DNA from: Candidatus Hydrogenedentota bacterium
GTDB lineage: Bacteria; Hydrogenedentota; Hydrogenedentia; Hydrogenedentales; SLHB01
Length of the DNA stretch: 64,000 bases
Reading direction: 5' to 3'
Assembly: GCA_963745075.1 (NCBI GenBank)
Contig: CAVUWV010000001.1
Coordinates: 192,001-256,000, forward strand
Position numbers and translations under genes: made by a program. Each line of letters starts with the position of its first letter. The first letter of the stretch is position 1. Below, piece by piece: positions 17,302 to 28,181 of this stretch. The notes under the pieces are model-generated. The model ran no database searches and had not been told where the DNA came from. It saw only the letters and a program-made list of their open reading frames with translations.

Positions 17302-18811
17302 ATGTCGGAGCTGTCGACTATCAAGCCCGCATTACGCGGGCGTATCGGGCTCTATTCCATCGGTCATGCCCACTACTGGGAGCAGTTTGACGGGCTTCTC
17401 GATCGCCTGATCGACTATGGCCGGTTTGTCGAGAAACGCTTGTCGGCGCACGGGGAAGTCCACAACTTCGGCATGGTGGACACGGAAGCAGAAAGCGCAC
17501 GCGGCCGGCGAGTTCTTCAACGCGCAGAACGTCGATCTCCTGGTTTGTCATGCGGCTACCTACGCGATGAGCGCCACGCATCTCCCCATTCAGCAGATCT
17601 GCAAACGGCCGACCATCGTGCTCAACCTGCAACCGTCGGAGCGGATGAACTACGCGAAGACAGCCACGGGCGAATGGCTGGCCCATTGTTGCGCGTGCTG
17701 CGTGCCGGAGATTGCGAATGCGTATACGCGTGCGGGAATCCCGTTCCACGTAGTGAGCGGGTTGTTGGGGTTGGAGGAGACACCGAAGATCTCCGTGGCG
17801 AACGAAACCACGGCGAATCATCCCGACGCCATCGCGGCGTGGAAAGAGATTGACGAGTGGGTCCGGGCCGCGTCGGTGGTGCGCACGCTGCAGTACGGCC
17901 GCATGGGATTCCTTGGACACACCTATCCCGGCATGCTGGACATGTACAGCGACTTCACGATGGTGCAGGCCCAAACGGGATTGCACGTCGAAATCCTCGA
18001 GATGTGCGATCTCGCGACGCTCGCTTCCGATGTCACAGAGAAAGAGAAACAAGACAAACTTCGCGAAATCGAGGAGCTGTTCATCATCAGCGAAGACTCG
18101 CCGTCCGATCCCCTCGCGAAACGGCCAACGCCGGAGCAATTGGACTGGTCCTGCACGGTAGCCGTGGCGCAGGAGAAGCTGGTGCGCGAGTTTGACCTCG
18201 ACGCGTTGACCTACTACTACCGCGGCGCGCCTGGCAACGAGTACGAACGCTTTCAGGCGGGATTCATCCTCGGGCATTCGCTTCTGACCGCGCGGGGCAT
18301 CCCCTGTTCGGGTGAGGGCGATATGAAGACGGCCATCGCCATGAAGATCTCCGACGTTCTCGGCGTCGGCGGTAGCTACAGCGAGATCGTGGCGACGGAC
18401 TTCGTGGACCAAACGATCCTGATGGGACACGATGGACCGTTTCATATCGGCATTTCGGACCAGAAGCCAATCCTGCGCGGGATGGGCCTGTACCACGGTA
18501 AGTGGGGCGCGGGCGTGTCCGTCGAAGCGAAGGTGAAGACCGGTCCGGTGACGATTTTGGGCGTGACGCAGACGGTCGATGGTCGTCTGAAAATGATCGC
18601 GAACCAGGGCGAGGCGACGGATGGCGAGATTCTTCGCATCGGCAACACGATGACGCCCGTGCGGTTTGCCAAGAAACCGTCGCAGTTTATGAACGAGTGG
18701 TTCGCGCTGGGACCGACCCATCACGTGGCCATGTCCGTTGGGTGCAATGCGGAGGTATTTAGGAAGGTCGCGGCGTTGTTGGATTGGCCGTTCGATACGG
18801 TTTGCTTATAA
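17302..18811 (+). CDS. L-fucose/L-arabinose isomerase family protein, +1 frameshift near 17486
   Basis: RIGLYSIGHAHYWEQFDGL in the first frame. The next frame has GHTYPGMLDMYSD, CSGEGD, GSYSE, MGHDGPFH and GPTHHVA (metal ligands). Confidence 0.85.
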
Positions 18812-18832
18812 TCGTCCGAGGCGCTTGACCAT

Positions 18833-18990
18833 ACATCCCCCTTGATCCCCCTTCAAAGGGGGAATTTCGCGCAACGCTTCGCGTTGCGTTCGGGACTGGC
18901 AGTAGCATAACTTCAGAGCCGCTTACGCCGCTCGTATAGATTGGCGTAGTTACGTACCATTCCCCCTTTGAAGGGGGATCAGGGGGATGT
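18833..18990. repeat. Second copy of the 31-bp inverted-repeat element
   Basis: Identical 31-mer at 18833-18863 followed by cgcaacgc-ttc-gcgttgcg. Inverted copy at 18961-18990 lacks one A. The interior is unrelated to that of the 6975 copy. Confidence 0.9.
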
Positions 18991-19056
18991 TCTTGCGTCA
19001 ACTATGATGCAATTTGTCGTGTCGTGAACTGAGGTCCAGTAGGGGAGGCGGACATC

Positions 19057-20100
19057 GTGGTTAATCCATTCTTTGGCGTGTTCTTGCATGCGGTCGGGGG
19101 GCTCGCTGCGGGCAGTTTCTACATCCCGTTCAAGGGCGTCCGCCAATGGGCCTGGGAAAGCTATTGGCTGGTGGGCGGGGTGTTCAGTTGGATCATCGCG
19201 CCGTGGATCGTGGCGTCGTTGGTGGCCCCCGATGTGCTCGGCATACTTGGAGACGCCCCCGCTTCCAGTCTCTTCTGGAGCTATTTCTTCGGTGTGTTGT
19301 GGGGAATCGGCGGACTCACCTTCGGGCTGTCCATGCGGTATCTGGGCTTGTCGCTCGGGTATGCGTTGGCACTGGGGTTCTGCGCCGCCTTTGGCACCCT
19401 CATCCCGCCGATGTTCCAAGGCACCTTGTTGCCCATGTTTGGGAACGTATCCGGTCTGACGGTACTCGCAGGGGTGGGCGTGTGTCTCGGTGGTATTGCG
19501 GTCTGTGGGCGGGCAGGTGTGCGCAAGGAGCATGAACTGTCAGCGGAGGAGAAGGCCGCCGCGATCCAGGAGTTCAATTTTAAGAAGGGCGTTTGGGTCG
19601 CGATCTTCGCGGGCGTCATGAGCGCCTGTATGGCCTTCGCACTCGCAGCGGGCAAACCGATCGCGGCCGTTGCGGTGGAACACGGAACGCCGGAGTTGTG
19701 GCAGAACACGCCCGTATTGATCGTGATATTCGCGGGCGGATTTACGACAAACTTCCTCTGGTGCGTCTACTTGAATTGGAAAAATAAGACGGCGGGGGAT
19801 TACCTCAATTTCGGCAGTACCCCGGCCGTGCTGAACTACGTGTTGTCCGCTCTTGCCGGGACCATCTGGTACTTCCAGTTCATGTTCTACGGCATGGGAA
19901 CCACCCAGATGGGACGCTACGACTTTTCAAGTTGGACGCTCCACATGGCGTTCATCATCGTCTTCAGTAATCTATGGGCGTTAGCGTTCCGCGAGTGGAA
20001 GGGGTCAAGCCGCGCGACGCGTGTCTGGATCGCGGCGGGCATCTTAGTGCTCATCGCGTCGACCATCGTCGTGGGGTACGGGAACAAGCTTGCCAGCTAA
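19057..20100 (+). CDS. rhaT: L-rhamnose/proton symporter RhaT family
   Basis: GSFYIPFKGVRQWAWESYW, LWGIGGLTFGLSMRYLGLSLG, GGFTTNFLWC, WYFQFMFYGMG, SSWTLHM, EWKG. Confidence 0.92.
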   Translation: MVNPFFGVFLHAVGGLAAGSFYIPFKGVRQWAWESYWLVGGVFSWIIAPWIVASLVAPDVLGILGDAPASSLFWSYFFGVLWGIGGLTFGLSMRYLGLSLGYALALGFCAAFGTLIPPMFQGTLLPMFGNVSGLTVLAGVGVCLGGIAVCGRAGVRKEHELSAEEKAAAIQEFNFKKGVWVAIFAGVMSACMAFALAAGKPIAAVAVEHGTPELWQNTPVLIVIFAGGFTTNFLWCVYLNWKNKTAGDYLNFGSTPAVLNYVLSALAGTIWYFQFMFYGMGTTQMGRYDFSSWTLHMAFIIVFSNLWALAFREWKGSSRATRVWIAAGILVLIASTIVVGYGNKLAS

Positions 20101-22385
20101 GAGTTCGGCGGTTCCGTAGTCACGCGAAGACCGGTGGGCACGGCGTCCGAGTCACGTTCCGTGATTCGGAAGTACAGACCCCAATCCCGGCCGGTCTGGC
20201 CGATCTTCAGCAAGACCGTGGACGTTCCCTGCGGCAGCGTCACCGGCACGAGATCGTCGTCGGCCGCAGCGGGCCGGCTGATTGGGTTGTTCCAGATTTC
20301 CCTGCCATTGAGGAACGCCTTGACCGAGTCGTTGCTGCCGATGCGGAACATGACGTCGCGCGGCCCGTCGTCCAGCGTGACCCAGCACAAGGCGTAGGCG
20401 CAGACCCAATCGGTTTGGTCGAATTCCTGGAGCAGATCGACGTAGCCCGTCCACTCGGGCGTGTGATTGGGTTGCCATTTCGCGACGGCGTCACTCTTGC
20501 CTGCGTACGTGGCATCCAGATCGATGACCTCTTCCGGCGGATAGACGCGGTCGTGGCCTTCTTTGTTCTGATTGTCGAAGGGACCACACAGGAGCCAGCG
20601 ATTAACAAAACCTTGTTCCTTGGCAAACCGATCGCTCAGTCCAATTAGTGTTTTCTCCTTCGCGATGTCGGCGAGGAGATAATCTTCGTTGATCGCGGCC
20701 ATGCCGTCGATCGCTGCGGTCAGGCGATCGATGGTGCGCTTGTACTCGTCGTACGAAACGGAGTCGTCCGCGGTCCGGAGGTCGACGTACGCGTCCATCT
20801 CGTCATGGGAGAGCCCGACCATATCGAGGCGTTGCTGAACCAAGGGCGAAGTGGCCTTAGACTTCGCCCGCGCCAAGGCCTCGCCGCATTTAGCGACCGT
20901 TTCGCGCGTGAAGTATTTGGGATAGTCGGATAGGCCCCACTCGACCTTCTTCTCCAGACCCCGAAACGGTGCGGCCAACGTGTCGTAGTACTCGCGCATC
21001 TCGGGCCCGGCTTCTTCAAAGAAACTTGTCATGAGATCGTTGAAGAGCGTCTCGCCGTCCCGCGAGGAGTCCCACATCATCTGGGCCGCGATCCAATAGT
21101 TCGGGAAATAGGCGGCCCAGGAATCCTGCCCTTCGAAGGACACCCCTTTGACGCCGAGTTCTTTGTATCCGGCCATTTCGTTGACGTGCGATTCCCACAT
21201 GGGCCAGGGCAAACCGCCGCTATAGGGCACGGGATCGTACTCGTAAATGAACACGTGCTCCGTCAACAACGTCCACCGTGCGAGGAGGTCTTTGAAGGCC
21301 TGCCGCGATGGGCAGAACGTGTCCCCAATGCCATGGGCGGAGCAGTACACGCTGGTCGTGGCGAAAATGCACGTATTGGGATTGACCTCGGTGTTTACAG
21401 GCGGATCGGTGTGGTTTTCGTTGTAGGCGTAGGTGGTCAGCCATACATCCGGATGCTTGCCCTTCAGTCGGTCAAAGACCCCGTTCAGAAAGACCTGATA
21501 GCGATCCGCGATACTCGGTTTTCCGCCGCTGTCAATATGGCCGGAATCCAGGGCGGTACAGTTCTCGCACTCGCAGAAGTCGGAGTTGTCGTCGGGGCAC
21601 AGCGAATACGCGATGGTTTGTGGATATTTGTCGAGGTACTGATCGATGGCCTTCGCCACCAGATCGACGGTTTCGGGATTGGACGTGCAGATCTGCGTCT
21701 TCTGGCGTGTACCGTCGACGAGCGCGTACAACTCGGGCCGGTCCTCGAAGGACGCGAAGACGCCCAGTGTGCTGGTAAGGTTGTGGCCGTGTTGGATCGG
21801 CGGACGGTTCATGCGGTTTCGGCGCAGCCATTCCGCCCGGCGTTGGGACCCTTCGCGTGAACAGCCGTAGGCGTACCAGATCTCGCGGAAGAGGAAATCG
21901 GGTTTGTCGACCGTGTGTTGCACGGGGATCGCGGCAGTATCCTTCTTCGGAATACATTCTCCGATGGCGCCGGGCATGATCCAGCGGCAACCGAGGTCGC
22001 GCAACACGGTGTAGACGGCATGCCGTGCACCCAGGGGCGACCCGCCGATCAGGTGGATTGCATCGGGCGACACGTTGAGGACAAAGGCTTCTTCCGCGAG
22101 AGCTGGTACATCGAAGTCCAAATCCTTGAACTGTTCAACCACACCGACGTGTAACGGGATGAGATCGGCGCCGGACGCGGTTGGGACCCGTGTCCCCGTC
22201 ATCTTCTCGACGGTGATCACGAAGTCATCTACCGCGGCCGTGAGGTCCGTATCGGACGGATCGGCTTGGTCAATATACACCTTGGCTTGGCCGTCCTGAA
22301 CGAGTGCGACCTGGGGCGTTTCCCCGACTGCGGAAGACAGCGTGCAATAGGTAAGAAGGCAGAAAAACGTCGCGATGCGTATCAT
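20097..22385 (-). CDS. Secreted DUF4838-like protein (GH20/GH67-type N-domain, putative catalytic barrel, C-terminal beta-sandwich)
   Basis: Signal peptide, EEAFVL...IGGSPLGARHAVYTVL.DLGCRW, PDFLFRE, QICTSNP, SLCPDD..FCECENC, YAY. C-terminal WLLCGPF...IGSNDSVKAFLNG module. Confidence 0.75.
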   Translation of the reverse strand: MIRIATFFCLLTYCTLSSAVGETPQVALVQDGQAKVYIDQADPSDTDLTAAVDDFVITVEKMTGTRVPTASGADLIPLHVGVVEQFKDLDFDVPALAEEAFVLNVSPDAIHLIGGSPLGARHAVYTVLRDLGCRWIMPGAIGECIPKKDTAAIPVQHTVDKPDFLFREIWYAYGCSREGSQRRAEWLRRNRMNRPPIQHGHNLTSTLGVFASFEDRPELYALVDGTRQKTQICTSNPETVDLVAKAIDQYLDKYPQTIAYSLCPDDNSDFCECENCTALDSGHIDSGGKPSIADRYQVFLNGVFDRLKGKHPDVWLTTYAYNENHTDPPVNTEVNPNTCIFATTSVYCSAHGIGDTFCPSRQAFKDLLARWTLLTEHVFIYEYDPVPYSGGLPWPMWESHVNEMAGYKELGVKGVSFEGQDSWAAYFPNYWIAAQMMWDSSRDGETLFNDLMTSFFEEAGPEMREYYDTLAAPFRGLEKKVEWGLSDYPKYFTRETVAKCGEALARAKSKATSPLVQQRLDMVGLSHDEMDAYVDLRTADDSVSYDEYKRTIDRLTAAIDGMAAINEDYLLADIAKEKTLIGLSDRFAKEQGFVNRWLLCGPFDNQNKEGHDRVYPPEEVIDLDATYAGKSDAVAKWQPNHTPEWTGYVDLLQEFDQTDWVCAYALCWVTLDDGPRDVMFRIGSNDSVKAFLNGREIWNNPISRPAAADDDLVPVTLPQGTSTVLLKIGQTGRDWGLYFRITERDSDAVPTGLRVTTEPPNS

Positions 22386-22459
22386 TCGATCTTCTCCAGT
22401 CGTGCATTCTCTAGATAGACGTAGATTCTACTTGCCGGTCATGTCCAACCCCAAACCGT

Positions 22460-24343
22460 TCATTCACCGTCGGTACCGGTCCAAAGCGCTCGCATGACGG
22501 CGGCGGATTCTTTCGGGCGCCGGTGAAAGTCGAACAATCCATAGGCGCAACGCATCTCGTAAATGCGGGTGTACTTCCGGTGCACGTCCGAGTCGGCGAA
22601 GCACCATACAAACCCACCCGCGAAATCCGGCTCCTTCATAAACGTTTCCCATTCGGTGCGCAGCAATTCCGCTTGATAGATCTCCCCGGGGAAATAGTCC
22701 GTTCTTAATCCGTACAGCGCCCAGTTGCCGAATTCCGTCACGAGAAGCGGCTTGCCGGGGTGCGTTTCGCGGAGACTGGCGAGCTTATTGTGAATGCCCT
22801 CGGGCAGCTCCGGGAGATTCGAAACCTGCGGCGCGGAGATGCCCATGTAGACATTGACCGAATTCAGATCGGTCTTCTCCAGCACCACGTCGCGGGGCCA
22901 TTCGTTGCTGGGTTCGATGATGGGGCGGGTCGAATCGAGCGAATGGGCGAGGTCAACCAGTTCGAGGTTCCCCGCCGCGACCATTTTGGAGATGCGCGCA
23001 TATTCCTCACCTTTCTCGCGTGGGAAGATGCGGTTTTCGTTGCTGACGCTCCACATCATAACGGAGGGATGGTTGCGCAGCGTACGGACCATTTCCGTAA
23101 GCTGTGCTTTCGCGGCCACGAGATTCTTTTCGGAGTGGCCTATCCGCCCCCACTGATACAAAGGCACCTCGCACACGGCGAGCAAACCGACGCGATCCAG
23201 TGCATCGTACGTACCGTTCGCGTAGGTGTAGTGACAGCGAACAGCATTCGCGCCGAGCCCTTTGATCAGGGCGAGGTCCTCGGCCAGGTTCTGTCCGGTT
23301 GACGTCATACCGGTGCCAGGATAGTTCTCGTAGCGGTTTACGCCCTTAATCAGATAGGGCTTTCCGTTGAGCAGAATACGGTCTTCTTCGACCGAGATCG
23401 TGCGAATGCCGATAGCAGCCTGCCACGTGTCAAGACATGCGCCGGTGGCCGCATCCCGAAGCTCCAGGTTCAGCGTATAAAGGTCAGGCGATTCCGGCGA
23501 CCAGAGCTTGGCCTGAGGCACCGGAATGTCGAGCTGCGTGGAGGCGTCGACATCTTTGTCCGATCGCAGCGTCGCGACCGCGCCACCGCCCGCATCGTAC
23601 AATCGCGCGATGACATAGGCCAAAGGCGCGGGTTTGGAATCATTCACGACATTTGCCGCTACCGAGATCATTGCCGGGCTGCGTAGCGCATCCGTCGAGA
23701 TGACCACGTCGCCAAGCCGCGACGGATTCGTCACGACGAGGCGTACGGGCCGGTAGAGTCCGCCATGGTCCCACCAGTCATGACGCTCCATGGGCACGCG
23801 TTCGAGGAGGGACTTGTTGTCCACGGAGATGGCGAGAACGTTGTCCTCGCCGAAGCGCAGGTACTCGCTGATGGGAATGCTGAACTGGGTGTAGCCGCCC
23901 TCATGGACGCCAGCCTTTGTTCCGTTGACGTACAGGACCGTCCGGTAGTTGCTGCCATCCGAGACGAACTCGACGTGTCTTCCCTGCCATTCCGCGGGGA
24001 TGCGGACGCCCTTGCGATACCATGCTTCGCCTTCGTAGCTCCAGAGATCCTCGAACTGCGTGTTCCAGCTTGCGGGGACGGCGATATCCCACCATGCGGT
24101 GTCATCAAAGTCCGGCTCCATCCAGCCGAAATGGCGGTCCTCGGCACCGTCGGGGTAGGTCTTGTGCTCGGCGAGGCCGTTCTGGAGGAATTCATGCCTG
24201 CCCTCGATTTCCTCGAAGGCGGGGTAGAACTTCCAGATGCCGTTCAGGTCTTCTGTGATTCGTTGTGATGGCGCCGCAGGCGGAAGCGTTGCCGACTGCG
24301 CGACGAGTCCAGCCACGATGGCGGGCACGAGAAAGTGAAGCAT
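22460..24343 (-). CDS. Glycoside hydrolase family 2
   Basis: DLNGIWKF, YEGEAWYR, HEGGYTQF, GGLYRPVRL, LWSPESPDLY, LNGKPYLIKGVNR, acid/base WSVSNE and nucleophile VTEFG. Signal peptide from ATG 24343. Confidence 0.92.
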   Translation of the reverse strand: MLHFLVPAIVAGLVAQSATLPPAAPSQRITEDLNGIWKFYPAFEEIEGRHEFLQNGLAEHKTYPDGAEDRHFGWMEPDFDDTAWWDIAVPASWNTQFEDLWSYEGEAWYRKGVRIPAEWQGRHVEFVSDGSNYRTVLYVNGTKAGVHEGGYTQFSIPISEYLRFGEDNVLAISVDNKSLLERVPMERHDWWDHGGLYRPVRLVVTNPSRLGDVVISTDALRSPAMISVAANVVNDSKPAPLAYVIARLYDAGGGAVATLRSDKDVDASTQLDIPVPQAKLWSPESPDLYTLNLELRDAATGACLDTWQAAIGIRTISVEEDRILLNGKPYLIKGVNRYENYPGTGMTSTGQNLAEDLALIKGLGANAVRCHYTYANGTYDALDRVGLLAVCEVPLYQWGRIGHSEKNLVAAKAQLTEMVRTLRNHPSVMMWSVSNENRIFPREKGEEYARISKMVAAGNLELVDLAHSLDSTRPIIEPSNEWPRDVVLEKTDLNSVNVYMGISAPQVSNLPELPEGIHNKLASLRETHPGKPLLVTEFGNWALYGLRTDYFPGEIYQAELLRTEWETFMKEPDFAGGFVWCFADSDVHRKYTRIYEMRCAYGLFDFHRRPKESAAVMRALWTGTDGE

Positions 24344-24446
24344 GAAGATTCCCCCTGGCATTGTGAACTGTCGGTTTATCTGCCCCGTATGGAAAGCATA
24401 AGATAATTGAGCGTTTGCGGCAAGAGGACTATCGTGAAGGGCGGGG

Positions 24447-25181
24447 ATGGGCAAAGAAATGGTCGCAGTATTCACCATAGCGGCCGTGAGTCTATTCGCC
24501 GCGGGCAATGCCGATCCCGCTGCGGAGGAGAGTTCCGCGCCGGCGATCGTGCTATTTGGAGATTCGACAACGGCCCCGCGCGGATCGCTGAAAGTCTTTG
24601 GGACGCTGCTCGGCGAAGAGTTCGCGGACCATGGACTGTCGGTATCGGTGATCAACGCCGGAGTCGGTGGCAACACCACGGTGGCGGCGCGTGAGCGATT
24701 CGAATCGGACGTGCTGGCGCGCGACCCCGATGTCGTCACCATCTTCTTTGGAATCAATGATGCCGCGGTAGACATATGGAAGGGCGCAACAACGCCACGC
24801 GTTTCCTTGAGTGCGTACCGCGAGAACCTGACGTACTTCGTAGAAACGCTGAAGGCGCGGGGGGCGCGACCCATACTTCTCACCCCAAACCGTCTGGAGT
24901 GGACACCGAAACTGCGGGATCTATACGGGAAACCGCCGTACAACCCCGAGAGTGACGACGGGTTCAACGTGTTACTCGACACCTATGCAGACGTGGTGCG
25001 CGAAATTGCGAAGGACGAACACGTGCCGCTTGTCGACGTGCAACGAGTCTTCGAGCAACATAAACAACGCGAGCCCGGCCAACCGCTGCTCCTGGATGGA
25101 ATGCATCCGAACGAGCAAGGGCATCGCCTGATCGCTGATGCCGTGCTAAAGGTGCTTGTACCGATGTTGGACACTCGCTAG
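24447..25181 (+). CDS. SGNH/GDSL esterase
   Basis: Blocks FGDSTT, NAGVGG, FGIND and DGMHP; signal peptide. Confidence 0.93.
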   Translation: MGKEMVAVFTIAAVSLFAAGNADPAAEESSAPAIVLFGDSTTAPRGSLKVFGTLLGEEFADHGLSVSVINAGVGGNTTVAARERFESDVLARDPDVVTIFFGINDAAVDIWKGATTPRVSLSAYRENLTYFVETLKARGARPILLTPNRLEWTPKLRDLYGKPPYNPESDDGFNVLLDTYADVVREIAKDEHVPLVDVQRVFEQHKQREPGQPLLLDGMHPNEQGHRLIADAVLKVLVPMLDTR

Positions 25182-25235
25182 TCTCCGGGTTTTGATATTC
25201 CTTCCCGATGAGTATGCGTCATGCGTGGCGCAAAG

Positions 25236-25266
25236 TCCCCCTTTGAAGGGGGATTTAGGGGGATGT
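25236..25266 (-). repeat. Solo copy of the 31-bp palindromic repeat between convergent genes
   Basis: tccccctttgaagggggatttagggggatgt differs from the consensus at 2 positions. It is preceded by a degenerate version of the companion hairpin. Confidence 0.85.
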
Positions 25267-25315
25267 TTCCTGACGCGTTTGATCCCGATATCGGAACAAC
25301 TTCAAACTCGGGAAG

Positions 25316-27941
25316 CTAGTTGTCTTTTATCAGCCACGCCTCGGACACGAGGGTGCCCCAGCCGCCGGAGTTGCGCCATTGTTCAACGGTGACGCGGTCG
25401 CCCACGGCCACGTCGTGCGCCTTCTCGAAGCGGATCACGAGGTTGCCGTCCTGCGTAGACTCTTTCGGTATATCGAAAGTAAAGAAGTCGCTCATCTTGT
25501 ACGGCAATTCGAGTTCGCGGACCAATAGCGTATCGTCGGCATAGATCGACTCGGACTTCTGATTCATCCGGTAGTCGTAGCGTTCCTGGAACCAGGGGCG
25601 GACCAGGGTGAGCCGAATCCGATACGTTGCGTTCGGGTCAAGATTGCGGTATTCGAGCGTGACGCCTTGCGCCTCGTTCTGCGTGTAGTGCATGGAGCGC
25701 TGGCTGGGGCGGTTCCCTTCATCGAGCATGCCGTACACGTAGGGTTGACCGTGGTCGTAGGGATACCCGAACGTCACATCGGGGCACGGATTGAAAGTAC
25801 CCAAATTGTCGTAGAATCCCCCGTCGCCCGGGTCGTCGTACGCGACAATCATCCCCAGCAGTTCATGTTGTTCCTCACCTTTCGCGGCGCGCGCGCGTTG
25901 GAGTTGACGTTTCAACCAGCCCAGGCCGATGAAATCGTGGTCGAGACTGAAGTAGCCGTCGCTGCGCACGCCGAACAGGGCGTTGCTTTCGTCACCAAGG
26001 CGTCCGGCTTCGTTCCGTAGGGCAGTCATTTCCGGCGTGTCTGCCAAGTCATCGAACCAGGTCAGCATGGTGTCGATGGCTCTGTTGGGATTCCTTTCCT
26101 TAAGAATCGTGGCCGTACGCTTCTCGATCCGGTCCTGGAGGGCGGTCTGCTGTTGAACGTTTAGTTTGGTGTATAGGTCCTGCGCGCCCTTTTCCATGTA
26201 CTCCCGCCAGAGCCAGTTGTTCTTCATCTCGAACGCGGGCATTCGCTCCCCGGCGTCTTTGACGAGACGGTAATACTCGTCAATATTCGTTTTCTCGGTA
26301 ATCGGTGTGTCGGGATCTTCCTGGAGATACTCCTCCATCAGGAAGATGGCTTTGGCCATGTCCGGCGCCGCCTCGCGTCCGAACCAGGTCCGGCAGTATT
26401 CGTCGACCACGTCTTCGACGGACATTTGCGGGTTCCAAAGCAGCCGTTGCCACATCCACTGATTGAAGTGATCGTGGTGCCCGCTGGAATGGGTGATATC
26501 GCCGACGCCGTAGCGGTCCACCTCGCCGAAGAGCCAGTGGTAGAAGCGAGGCCAGGCGTAAAACGTAAGCCGATCGTAGACCATCGTGATGGCCTGGTCG
26601 GGCCGCCGTTCGTAGAGCCAGTGATTCCAGGGAGGCGGCAGGTCGCCGTTGCGGTCGGCGCGCGGGTACATCTGGATGTAGCCGTGTTGTGAATACCGCC
26701 AGTGCGTGATTTCGTTGTAGTGGACCAGCGTCTGTTGTGGCGGGAGCTGGTGCATGATCTCCTGATTGTAGCGGTCGAAGGGGCCGAAACCGGGATGGTG
26801 GAACAAGTCCATGCGGTGCGTCTGCCGGTGCCCCGGTTGCCAGCTCATGGCATCCGAGCCGGGCCCGTAGCCCCAGGCCCACAACCAGTCGCGCGGTTTC
26901 TCCTGCAAGTACTTGAAGATGGCTTGGTCATCGTCGTCGTCGAATTTCTGGTTTGTGAAGTAGATGCGTGTGTCCGGGTGATACTTATGAATAGCGTTCG
27001 CCATCCGCTCGACGACCTTGATAAACGTCAGGCCGTAGGGATCGCACTTGTCACATTCGCAGCCCCCGCCGTCGCCGCCGTGGAACTTGATGAAATCGAA
27101 GGCCGGCGCGTTTTTGAACTTGTCCTCGCACCGTTTCACCTGCGCCTCAACCGCCTCCGGCACGGACAGGCACAGGTATCCAGTCCGTCCGATCGATTCC
27201 TTGGCTTGCCACTCGGGAGGTCCCGATCCGGTGTTGGCTCCGAAACCACCCTGGGTCATGAGGCCATAGGACTTGATGAAATCGAACATGGGACCGGCTT
27301 CCGTGGTGAAGACATTGGCGCCGGCCAGCGCGTAGTCCAGGATGACGCGTTCGGTTTCCTCATCGGTCCAGTCCCGCACATGCGCTTTCGACTTGGCCAC
27401 GTGACTTTGCCCGTACTGGGTTCCGCGAACTTCGAAGGCCGGCGCCGTTCGAACGTTCAGCTCGTCGGGAACCTGGACGGATTCCGGAGTCAGGATGACT
27501 TGCCGCAGAATCTCACCCACGGCATAGAGCGTGCCGCGGTCATCGTATCCCGCCGCGATAAGGAGATTGGCGTCTTCGCTCGTATCGAAATGAACCAGGA
27601 AACCTTCCAGACCCGGATCCAAATCGGTCAACGGTTTCACGCGGTTTGCATGAAACCATTCGGCAAGCGCCTCGTGTCGATCCAGGGACCCCAGGAGAAC
27701 GAGGAGCGTGTCGTGAGCCGTATCGTCAGTTTGCGACGCGGTACGGCTGAGTTGCACGGGAAAGTTCCCGGCTTCCGCCAAACGGATCGCAAAGCAAATG
27801 TGCCACGCGTAATTGAACGCCTGTCGCACCCTCGCCCGCTCGGACGATGACACGGTGGAAGGTCGCCACCTCTGCCGAAGCGCTTGTGACAGCGCATAAC
27901 ACGAGAACGAGAACGGCGAGGTAGCGTTTGACGCGAAGCAT
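25316..27941 (-). CDS. Large secreted putative glycoside hydrolase-like protein, +1 frameshift near 27784
   Basis: RBS aaaaggaga, then signal peptide MLRVKRYLAVLVLVLCAVTSASA. The next frame has EGFLV...AGYDDRGTLYAVGEILR, PAFEVRG and HGGDGGGCECDKC. Confidence 0.7.
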
Positions 27942-28181
27942 GTGGATGATCTCCTTTTCAAGAAACGGGCAGGATTGCTCCCCCAAAGAGCACGTCATGA
28001 GCAATTCCGCTGAGCGCCATCATACCGAACCGTGCGGTCGGATATCGAAGGCACGGACTGGTTGACCCGATGCGCGGCATTGGCGATAATCGGCGGAAAC
28101 CGAATCCTTGAGAGAATTCTCGTCTCGCAACTGATACGTGTAATTTGACACCCGCCTAATGGGATGACAGGAGTCGATGCG

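Noticed and set aside
24344..24982. N-terminal 213-aa extension of the GH2 ORF
   Set aside because: It overlaps the SGNH gene on the opposite strand, and the signal peptide begins at ATG 24343.
6975..25266. CRISPR array from the 31-bp repeats
   Set aside because: The copies are inverted and dispersed rather than direct repeats with regular spacers, and there are no cas genes.
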